This document shows, piece after piece, positions 24,450-36,635 of a DNA stretch of 52,698 bases. The stretch is from Trichinella spiralis (lineage: Eukaryota): contig NW_003526945.1 of assembly GCF_000181795.1 (NCBI RefSeq), positions 124,001 through 176,698 of the forward strand, read 5' to 3'. The notes beneath the pieces are model-generated. The model did no database searches. It saw nothing but the letters and a program-made list of their open reading frames with translations, and was not told the origin of the DNA. Numbering within the stretch: position 1 is the first letter of the stretch; every line of letters starts with the position of its first letter. The translations under genes and the position numbers were made by a program.

Positions 24450-27400
24450 CTTTTCAGTTTCTTTTTCACTCAATTAAAAATTCCATCAAGGAAAATAATC
24501 TGTCAAAGCTTTTACAAACACAACAACTAACAACAACAACGACAAGAACAAGAAGAAGACGAAGAAAGCATGGAAAGCAACAAATTGCACAACACAAAGT
24601 GCAATGGTCAATGTTTGCACTTGTTGCCATAGATGCAACTTAATCCTCTATATCCACTCCGTCTGTGCTTTCAAATAATGGCAACTTGTTCGTTTGCTTT
24701 TGTTTTTTACGACAATATGTGTTTGCATATTGTATGAAAACAAAATTATTTTCTGCTTTTTATTTTATCGTTGAGACAAACGTTTCATCTGCAATAATTG
24801 AACTCAAGCAAAACATCATAAATATATGCATCCATCACATTCATATTGAACAGGCACATTTACACACATGAACAATACCAAAATGAAATACTCGACTTAT
24901 TAATTTAAAAATTTTTTCCATTTTAAATTCAAAATTAACAACAATTTTGTGAAAATTATCTGCTAAAAGCAACTCTAACAAAATAACAGCCAGCTAGGAT
25001 TCTTCAGCATTCAGCCAGATGCATTTCTTGGATCTTTAACAATTTGTTCTCAGAGTAACACATTATAATTGCATTGATCAGTTATAATTTTTATTTTATG
25101 TATACATTAAAAGACATTTGCACACCTGCACTTAAAATAACTTCAATTATCTGTTACAATGTACATAATTTGCATTACATTATCAAGTACTGAAAGCTTA
25201 TTGCTCTTAATTAAATTTGCATACAATGGATATGACATTTTTTCCCAATATTTTTTCTTGAATGACAAATTGTTGTTCATGTTTGCTTGTTGAATAATAG
25301 TGCAATAATACATTAAGATAATTGCAAGCCAGGACTAATGTAAGCTGTAGGAAATGATAATATGTGAAAAAGAATTCACTTCCTATTGTTTGATGACAAT
25401 TCATTGTTATAATGTTGTTTGTATGCATAGAGAATAATTTTTTCTATTACTTTTTCTTTCTTTTTCTAGAATATTATTTCAGATGCTTTATTTGGATATA
25501 ATATTATTTAGTCCATTACGGAAATTGCTCATTGCTGTCTCATTGCATTGCCATTAAATTAGCAAAATACGCCCCATGAAAATGAACACAATTGAATTGA
25601 AAACGTTTTGTTAATTGAAACGCCATGTAAATGTAATTACTTTTCCTACTTTGCAATAATGCTACATTTGCAATATTCATGGACATTTGAAATTTACTAT
25701 TTCATTAAATGGTAGTTTTTGCTTTGAAAGTGTTATTATTAAACTATACGTTTAATAAAAGTAATTAATAAAGAAGTTAAGAACTGAACTAGACTATAAA
25801 ATTGCAGTGTTCTATAATAAGAAACCAACCATTGGGTACAAATCGATTAAATAAAATTAAAATTATATTCAAAAAAGTGAGTGCAATTTTCAATTCCATA
25901 TTACTGAAAGTGTAATTTACATTTTAGCACTAATTAAAAAAATTATTTACAGTTTAAGTGTCATTATTCTAAAAGAAATGTTAGCTTTGAATGTTTTAAA
26001 TTACTTTCATGAAATCACCAAAAGTTTTCATTTCACCAAGCTGATAAGTTGATTCATTGTGATTTGAACTTAACTAAATTGAATTGAACCTATGCGAGCA
26101 AATCTTAATATTTGAAGCTTCTTATTTGAAAAGTATTTTACTTAACTTCTAATTGCCTAATCAAAAATGGCACAATCTTGAAAATTAAAAAAATTGTCTT
26201 AATTATCTGTCTAAATTTGTCACAAATTAAAAAACATGAAATATTGACTGGCAAGGCAAACAAGGTCATGTAAGTTTTGCACCGAATGCTTATGGCTAAT
26301 GTTTAAATGCTTGACTTAGAAATGTCTGCTTCAAATTAATTTGATTTCATCCATTTTTATAATTAAAAAATTGAGTTAATTTATTGAGTTGAATCTTCAA
26401 AATTAAGATGCATGTAACAATAATTAATAGTTTGGTTATTCATGCATCATAATTATTGTGAAGTGCATTTTTTAATAAACGGAAATAATAACAGAATGAA
26501 TGTTTTTGCATATTTTTTTATAAAAAATAATGCTTGTATGCAACATTGTGTTGAAGGTAAAAATTACTTGAAAAATTTTAGCCATGCTTACAGATTAGCT
26601 TCTAGGTATCAATCGCCCTTTCAAAATATGCATTTACCATTATTTTGCAAATTTGGAAATTATCGTTCGAAGTTTATATAAATAAGTCAGTCACATTAAA
26701 AATCAGAGGAGCATATTGTAAAACCTCATCAAAAGTTAAGCACTTTTCCCGTAAATAATAACCAAGAGCTTTGTATAATATAAAAGAGAATTATTAACAC
26801 TTCTTAAAGCCGTTTAAGTGCAATTATAACTCAACATTAAAAAGCATTCATGTAAGAATGCTCGCTATACATAAACAACAGCATCAGTTGAATTTATGCA
26901 CCTTTACTACAATTTATAATCAAATCAATAAATGGATTAATTCTTTATTGTTGAATATGTAATTTGTATGGCCAATTCATATTAAAGTATTTCAACTTTA
27001 ATGTTTTGACGCCAACAAGTGACAGCTTTGCTCAGATAAAAGAAGAGGTATTTCAATTGAATATTATATTATTCTGTATAAAACAGATGCAGTAGAGCAC
27101 AATTTTCTCACAGTATGTACGCACAGTATTTGCTTGAATAAAGCAGGCTGAAAATATCCATAACATATTTAATAATGAGCTGCATTGCTGCACATCATAT
27201 GTTGCATATGCATATGCTATTCTGGTATATGGGTATAGAAACAGTTTTATGTTGTTAAGGCGTCGTAATTTAAGAAATTAGCAATGAATTATTGTAAATG
27301 GATTTGCAATGCAATTTGCAAAGGAAATGCTACTGTCCTTAAAATCCTTATTCATGAGCAATGAACAGCGACTATTTATGCATTAAATATACATTGACAA

Positions 27401-29160
27401 TCAGTTAAAAGTATATTCTAAACTAATCAACAATATCTTAAAGTTAATAACTTATGACTAATTTGCGTACCTTATGCAGTTACAAAGCTTTAATTCATGT
27501 TTTTATAGCTAAAATCATTCATTCACTCGATAATTTTATATTAATAGTATATTCATAGTCGAATATTTAGCAAGTAAGCGTCCACTAGTAATGAATGATT
27601 CATTACTTGGAAATGTAGGTTTTTTGCATATATTATGCAGTATTTTCAATTAAAGTTAGCGTGTCTTAAAACGTTTTTATCAGATAATAATGCAGCTGGT
27701 TAAAACCGTTATATGACACGTGCTGTTTAATTATCGATTTTCTACTAGTCAATTTTAATCTTATTTCTATGGTAATGCATATCATAGCAAAAATGGGCAA
27801 ACGTTCTTAATAATTATATGATGCATATACTATAAATGAAGTGAAAAAGGAACCAGGTTGTAACTATTTTTGATTGAGTAACGTCTATCAATATTATAAC
27901 ACATCTTTGACGTTATACCTCATGCATCTTGATAAATGATATAATAAGTCGATTTTGAAATAAATTATAGTTGAAATTTACTGAAAGACAGCTGAAAACC
28001 ACTTTTTAAAGTTTGAAACGGAATTTCACTGAAAAGAGAGACTTGTCTAAAAGTATAAAATAAATTTTTGTGATAAAATAAATGTTCTGTTTCAACAGTC
28101 TAATAAACTTTATAAAATAAAAGTGTGAACTCAAAACATTAAAGCTGATTTAGTTGTAATAGATACTTAAAGTGTTGCTAATGTGACCAGTTTTTTTTAT
28201 AAATAATAAAAGCAAAATAGTTTAACGATGAGCAGTTTTGCAGTTACCATAATGGAGAAACATGAGCAGCATAAAATGGAACCAGGAATGAAAACTTCAA
28301 AAGTGAATGAATGCAAATTGCAATTGCCCAATAATATGTTTATAAAATTTATTTTTTGATAATTCATGTTGGAAATATTATTGAGAGCTTTAAATAAAAA
28401 AGTTTAGCAGTTCTGAACACTAAGCAACTTTTTTAGTAGAAATGAAATTATTGAACTGTGTTAACTGATGTTAACAGTATTTTAAAATGTTATTTACTTG
28501 TAAATCTGAAAACCTTTATTTTTTCAATTTTTATGACGAAACGCTTTTGTTGGCATTATGCTTTCAAGGTTAATCATTTTTAAATATAAATTGAAATTTA
28601 ATTAAAAAAATAAAAATCTTACTAGCAGAATAGGTCAACTTTTGTAAATAAAAGTATATTGCATAAAATTTACTTGTTTCACGTTTTTTATTGAAATTTT
28701 AATTTGCATATATATATATATATCTTCAATCTCAAGTTGGTTGTTCATCAGTATTGTTCAAAATGATGCGGATTAGTTATCTGAATGTAAAGCACCCCTT
28801 ATTTTCGAAATCAAAGTTTGATGCTATAAAACTGCCCACCCGTGTCGTGCATTTTATACGTTTGAAAAGCCAATTGTATTCAATGAGGCCAAGTTTAAGT
28901 CAAGCCAAATATCAAATAAGCTATTGGTTGTGAAAATCAATTAAAGAATCATATGAATGCAACGCGGAACTTCTGTTTACACTCTGAAGATTTTTGCTGA
29001 GATGTGAATTTTTTAAATATCTACTGTGAAATTGATTCATCTTCTGAAATATTTTTTATGTATGAGTGCATTTATCGTTAGCATTTTTTTAATTCGGCAT
29101 ATTTATAAAAGCAATCAATTTAGATGAGCACTGTTTGAATGTATAGCTCAAATAAACATT

Positions 29161-30898
29161 ATGGATGTTCAAAACAACAATAGCCAATCTGAATATCTGA
29201 ATGATACTTGGCCATGGCAATCGGAACATGATGAAGCTTTGCTAACTGTCCTACTCTATTACTTGCTTGGATTTTTGGCTGTTTTTTCTAATATTACACT
29301 TCTGAGGATTTTGTATAGGTTGAAAAACGTTCAAAATGATTACATGTCTTTGAGAGGTAAGCATTTCTTACTTATATTTACTTGTGCTGAATATCTTTAC
29401 TTTGAGCTGAGTAGCTATCTGTACTTTTTCACTAAATCTTTTTAAAAGCAAAATGCATATGTTACATTATTTTCAATATGTAAATAACTATTTATTATTA
29501 AAAATGTAATTGCAAAAAGCGGAAATTAAAAAAATAGATAAAATTTGAACTTTAGATTTTAATATATAAATTAAAATACACTGGTCTTGTGAAATATTTC
29601 TTAACTTAGAAACTTAGCAAAACATGGATGAACAAAATTACAAAGCAAATACATTCAGTTTGAAACAATTCTTGCTTGTTAACACAAAAAGTAATCATAT
29701 ATCACAAAAGTTAATTTAAAACATGTTTTCAGTGTATATGCTTAAAAAATATACATGCACATTTTAAAGATTTTACTTTGGTTAGTCAATAAGATTAATT
29801 ATTATATGAAATTCTAAAATATGGGATTATCAAGTTGTCTGCAACTTTCTTTGCATGATATTTAAGTCAAAATACCTTTCATAAACCAAGTTTTGATGAT
29901 TGTAAGCTTCTGTAAATCATCCTTTAATTAATGTAAATAATATAATTCTAACGAATAATCATTGAAATAAAACCGCTTAATGCACGTTATTATGAACGAT
30001 GCCAAGAATTTTGAGATGTTAATTACTTTTTAATATTATTTTTGAAAAATGTTTTTTCTAAGCGACTTTCTTCTAAATAATTTTTCTTAATTTTTAAGCT
30101 CTTGCAATTGGATGTATCGTTTACGGCGCAGCGTTCATTTACATAGCAGTATATAGATCAGTAATATTGTACTGCAAACCACTGTCAATTAGCATTTCAG
30201 TATGCATAATATATGTTCCGTTTTTTATTGGTGGAGATACTGCTTGCGCTTGCAGTGTTCTGCTTATTTCGGTTGAACGTTTCCTTGCTGCAACTACTGT
30301 GGATTTGTACAAAAAACTGCAATCTCCAAAGTGGCGCCGAATAGCAATTATCACTTTGTGCATGTTTCCCATGGCTGATCTAGTTTACAGTTGCCTTTCA
30401 ACAACGCATACTTTCAACGAAGTAACATCACCGTTTTGCTTCACCGAAGACTTTATGCCAAATGTTTATTATGACTTTCATTTAACGTTAGTGCTAAGTA
30501 TTGGGTTGGTGACTTGCATTGTATTTGCGTTATCCTTTTGTGTGATGAAGTTCAGGAAAAGCACCAGCGCCGGTGTTGACACTGTCAGACTTCGCCGAGA
30601 AGCTATTGTAACTAAACGTTTGGTTCAGCTACTTCTAGTCAAAGCAGTAATTCAAATTATCCCTAGTGCAATTTATATATATGCAAGGGAGCACACTTTG
30701 TGGGAAATAATTAAGACATATGTGTGGATTTTACAAGGTCTTAATCAGTCTGTCTTTGCAGCAGCATACGTGTGCATTGATTCCACTTTTAGAAAAGAAA
30801 TGAAAAAAATATTTACTTGCAGAACACACGTTATATCCATGAATCAAGACATTGCATCATCTAAAGTAAATCCAAGTGCCGAATCTCACAAATGTTGA
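29161..30898 (+). CDS. Seven-transmembrane rhodopsin-like / nematode chemoreceptor-type GPCR (Srsx/Srx-like), 2 exons, ~331 aa
   Basis: Exons 29161-29356 (AG|gtaagc) and 30099-30898 join in phase 1. N-terminal N-glycosylation sequons (NNS, NDT), about 7 hydrophobic segments, TM3 end ISVERFLA (DRY-like), an ECL2 Cys and helix-8-like STFRKEMKKIF. TATAAAA at 29104. Confidence 0.82.
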
Positions 30899-33488
30899 AT
30901 TCATTTTATGCTCATTAAAAAATTTTTCCTGCTACTTCTTTCAATGCTTTTTTATAATGTATGATAATTTTTTGCATATGTTGATATTTTTACTGATTCA
31001 CGTTGACGACACTTTTATTTTTCTTTTGCAAGAGCACAATGTATTTTTTTGCTGAACTGTATTACGGCCCTTATAAAATCAGACGATTATATTTAATTAT
31101 ACATGCATATATGGACTTTCAAACAATAACTGGCAGCAGTAATACTGAAATCAATCACAACTGCAGTGATGTTTAGCATTGAATCTACTGCCGTACAACG
31201 TATCTGCATATATTGAGGATAAAAATATTTGTAAAATATCTAAATAAAAAGATAATTTAATTCTGATATTTTTCTGTTGATACAATAATTTTTCAAACAG
31301 AATACGCTTGTTTGAAGTGTATTATTACTATCTATCTTCCAGTATGTGCGTCACAGACTGCAAATGAAGCGGATCGTAAATCAAGTGAAATAGAATAATA
31401 TTATGAAATATAAAACATCAGTTTAAAAAAGCGAAAAATACATATTATAAGTAGGATATGTTTGATGTTGTCTTAATACTACTCAGAATGAATTCCAGTT
31501 TAATTTTTTTGCTAAAATTATTCACTTATTTTAAACGCAGAAACTGGGAAGAATACAATCCACTCTAAAAGTATAAAGATATTTTTAAGTTCAAACAAGT
31601 TGCAGGATTGAAATGAAATATTTCTACTTTCAAAATATGTAAATGTTCTATCGTTATCAGATCAATATTTTAGTATTTCGTACATATTTGCTTTATGCTA
31701 TTAGACTCAGTTTACTTTCTCAGGCAAACGTTTGATAAGTATTTTTGAAACAGATTTTCCATAAAAAGCATACTTAAAATTTTGCAAATTTTTTAAATTA
31801 AATCCATTATGATACAAAATATTCAAATTAAAATTTTTTTAAGTATTAAAGTGAAGTTATAAAAACTGGCTGAACTGATTCTAATAAGAAAATAAAACCT
31901 GAGCGAATAAATTACAGTAATCTCCTTAAATTGAAACCAGCTGTACTATAATTTTGACTCATAAAGGACGTGTTACGAAGTACTTAAATTTATTCAAATA
32001 GCTTCCCTTTTTTGATAATTTTTTTCAAATTGCTGCGGCGTTTGATTTAACTGCAGTCATATATTTGATGAATATATTTTACGCAGGTGGTCATTTTGAA
32101 TTTTACGACTCATTTTACGTAAGTGTCAAAAGTCTTTGCGGACGTTGTTATTTGTATTGAACGTCTATAGAATTTGAATTTTTTCAATTTGAACTTTCTC
32201 ATTCTATTTACATTATACCAGAAATAGAATCGTCACCATTTTAAGCGTCATTTACATTAGATGTGCATCAATCTGAAAAGAAATTAAACAAAAACAAAAT
32301 TAAAATAGTATATTCATGGTTTTCTTTTTGGCAGTTTGAAGTTTTCTAAATATTTTTTTTAATTTATGAAGTGATAAAGGATTGTGGATTATTGAAATTT
32401 TGCGTAAAATTCAATTATATAGCATTCAATTGTAGTTTTACTTATACAGATCATCCATCGTCTTGAAATATGTCTTTTTTAATAGTTTTCCTGTTAAAAT
32501 TAATTTAAAAAATTATAAAAGCTTTGTATAAAACACGTGTGTTTTGTTTCATTGGTAAGTATTCCAAATTGGCAGTATGTTCAACCTTTAACAGCTTTAA
32601 CGATCAAACCAGGGCTTCTTTATTTGCATAACTTCTATCAAAAACGTCAATTCACCATTATGTAAATTTAGATCAGTTAAATAATGGTGCACATTCGAGA
32701 CTAAAAAGGATTAATGAATTCATTCAAAATAAACATATAAATCTATCTTAAAATCAAAAAGAAAGCAAAAGCCGATGCAAATATTCTAATGAAATGAAAT
32801 TAGCGAAAATAATTTTACAGCAATGAACTGCTATATTTAACAAATCACCTGAGCAAATAAATGAAGAAGTATATTATTAATTAATTACTATGTTAATTAT
32901 CTTGTGATAAAAATGAGAAAATTTTAAATATAACAGTAAAATATTGCTAATGAGGAGTCAAAGTTCACTATTACTTTGCAAAATTCACTATAATGAATAT
33001 ATACATATACAGAAAAATTAATTACTTACTTTTCTTTCTTCAGTTACTTCATGTTGCACGGTCGCTACCTATGAAATGATAAAGACTGTCATTATAGCAA
33101 TATAATATGTCTAATCAAAATATCTCAAATATAATTATAACAGATATCATTATCATTGTTAAATTTTAGTAGCTTCAGCAGTGAATTAATTCAATTTCAA
33201 GCATATGATCACTGCTATTGTTTTCATTTCAGTATTAATTATCCAGTTCCACTAATAATAACTTTAGAAAGGATTTTTTGAAAAAAAGCTTTTGTTTTAT
33301 ATGATATTTGATAAATTTGAAAGAAAGTTATGCAGCACTTTTCCATGAAAACGTTAGGTACATGTGTGCGTGTGCGTGTGTTTATTTATTATTTAAATTC
33401 AAATGCATTATTGAACTGCGTTAAGAATAATAATTAATAAATATCTTTGGCTTTTAACATATGAAAATTGTTTTAATACAATAAATAT

Positions 33489-36180
33489 TTACAGTGCCAT
33501 GGACTGAAATCCAACCAAATTAGAAATGAGGAAAAAGGTATTGCCTACTTGATCTGGAAAAGTATTTCTGCGGAGAAATCGTACAACCGATTTCTTATTC
33601 GGAGCATTAGCTTGATCCGCGTATTCATAATCCTTCAACATTGTACGGAAATCATGTATGTTTATGTACATTTAAAATTAATATAATGCACAAATATATA
33701 CATATTAGTTTTAATGTACCTGCACTCCGCTGCGCTTTGCCGCATCATTCTTATAGGTGCTAGTCTTCTTTAAAATTGATTTTTGAGGCTTTTTTTGTTT
33801 TGTTTCATTGCATAAATCCTAAAAAGCAATAAATAAAGAAATGTTCAAATTGTATTAATTTAGAAAATAATAACTTGCATAGAAATTGAATAAACTGGTT
33901 TTTGAAACTGAAATGCTTTTTACACGCAAAACAGAAGTACTACTGGAAATTAATTCAATTTAAAACAGGCTAACTTCATGTCGCAGCATTTTGCATAATA
34001 ACTGATGCAGCTTAAATCTCAAGAGAAACGTGATGTCATTCTATGGAAAAAAGTAAATTAGATATAAATAAAGTATTATTAGATTGTCGTAAATCTTCGT
34101 TTTATGTTCTCTAGTCATCTTTACAATAAATGTCATCAATTTCCAATTATAGATGCATATCATGCAATAAGTGGACAATATTTCAAAAAATATTTTCAAC
34201 AAAACTCGAGTGGATTTTGCTTTTGTTTGTTCTCAGTTTTCAAGTTGCGTTTCATATTTTGCATGCAAATTCATTGTAAATTTCAATGGCGGTATTAAAT
34301 TCAGACTTTTCTTCAATTTGGAGAACATAAAAAGAATCAGATGAATTTAAAATTTTCTTTTCGAAAGACGCTATATTTGTTTGCTCTTTATTATGAATTA
34401 AAATAGAAAACAAAATATTTCAACTTTTTAAACAAGTCATTACTTCAGTTTAATTCTTGAATTTTGATTGTAGTTTTTGCTGGTATTAACGCAATATTAG
34501 TTTTGCTATGAATAATATTTATTGTAGAAACGTTCAATATCTCTTTAAATAGCAAATATATTTAAAAATAAAATATTTTATTATTAATTGAAAAATTTCT
34601 CGAACTTAATTGATTATTTTATTTGCGTTTGCTTAACTTTTGTCAGAAATGCTTTTTTAAATATCAGAATCAATTTTTTGAAATTTATTTTTGCTATTTG
34701 TTTAAAATTATCTTAAATAATGTAGTTGATGATTTCCCAGAAACAATATCGTAAACTAGCATAAATAATAAAAAAATGTTTTATGAATAAAAAGTATCTA
34801 AAAATATCATTTTGTGTGGTTCTTTCTGAGCAACATCACTCGAAGAAGTGAGATATTTAAAAGTTTAAGTCAAGAAAAATTTTAATTCAAAAATTTTTGA
34901 CTGTTTTCAAACTCAAGAAAAATTTGTTTTTTGCCATGTTCTTATCATACTTAATAGTAACTTTCAACAGTGCAATCTGATTCATTACAATCAACTTATT
35001 TAATTATATGCTATAATAATTATAATCAACTAAAAAAAGAAAATAAACAATAAGCACAATAATAAAAGCATTTTGCTAAAATGCTAAAATAATTATTTTA
35101 AAAATCATCATGCAAAATCAAAGATTTTTTATTGTTATCAAACATATCACATATATACATTTATGCATCTATTGACGAAGGGAAACAATAAGTAGCAAAT
35201 GAAATCACGTGGAAGCTTTAAGAACATTCTTGCTTTACATGCTGCAAACTTAATATGAGCTTACTTTTTTGCTGTTTTCAGGTTCTGCCATTACTCTGTG
35301 ATATCACAAACTTAAACTAACATTTAGCTTGAAACAGCAAATAGTGTGCTTTTCTCTCTTCGAGCAGTCGATCGATTAACAACATTTTGTTCACTTCACG
35401 GCAATCGCATGAAATTTGTATGTCCATTAATATCAACAGATTTTTCAGATAAGAGCAGATGTTCATCTCACTTAGTGACAATTTTTGAAGTTACTAGGCA
35501 GACATTAGTTGTTACACGTAAAATTAAAAGAAAAAGAAAAAACGATAAAAACAGTAATTTCGGATCACATGAAAAAAGTAATATAGTTAGTACGGCTGCA
35601 CGTGATTAGAGTAGAAGCAAAATTGTCAGTTTGTCAGTGTAATTTCATAATAACGATGGCACAAATTATGAATTATTTAACATTAACATTTAACGTTGTT
35701 AAATGCAACCTCTGCAATAAAAATATTGAAAATATTAATATACTGTTAATGGCGGTTTACTAAATGAAAAATTATTACACATCAATATCCAAATATATGT
35801 AGTTCCAAATGAAGCACTTATCTGAAAAACAAGTGCAAAATTTAGGCCTTAGATTGTCGAAACTCAGAATACTAATTTATACAAAATGTATTCTGCCATT
35901 ATACATAAATGATTAAAATGATGATGAGTACGAAGAAAATTAAAGTAAGATAAATTATTACTCTGTTAAAAGTAAGTATCAGGGGATTGTGTTGTCATTA
36001 ATCCAGATTTTGTTACTATATAATAAAATGAAAATTTTGTAAGCTTACTGTGTATTGATATTGTTAACTGAATAAGACGGTGACACTGCTGAAAGTAAGG
36101 AATAATTAGAAAATGTTTAAAGACCAAACTTTTAAATCAAATTACAAAAACATGGTTTAACTTCTATTCTTTCCATTTCT
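33489..36180 (-). CDS. Probable small 3' exons of the RPGR-like gene, or of a separate small gene; exon chain not resolved
   Basis: Exon-like blocks with AG/GT borders: ~33818-33720 (DLCNETKQKKPQKSILKKTSTYKNDAAKRSGVQ), ~33632-33549 (DYEYADQANAPNKKSVVRFLRRNTFPDQ), a stop at 33489, and micro-exon candidates near 36088-36049 and 35296-35263. A continuous frame to 36636 could not be established. Confidence 0.35.
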
Positions 36181-36635
36181 AAAATATAACTTCAAAAAGT
36201 TGCCACTAATATAATATTCAGACAGATACTTCCATACATACATACACAAACACGCATACATATATACATATACATATACATATACATATATATATGATTT
36301 GAAGATTAATTTTGTAAAAAGCATTAACGTTATGAATCTGACAGTTTTCATTGAAAGTAATCAATAAACGAACATGCCATTTTGCGTCAAATGAAAATAA
36401 TTCAAAATGTACATCTTAAAATTTAATATAGCACAGCTTAAATCTGTGGACATTTAGACAAGTGCATTCTCTCTTATTATTCAAATAACAAGTTTTGCAA
36501 AATTAATAAAAGGAAGATACAAATGAAAACTGCGCGTTTACTAGTACTGTTTATTAATTGTCTAAATGTCAATTTTTGTAAAATTTTAAATATTAGTAAT
36601 GTAAATAAATTCATTCTGATAGATTCAACGCATAC

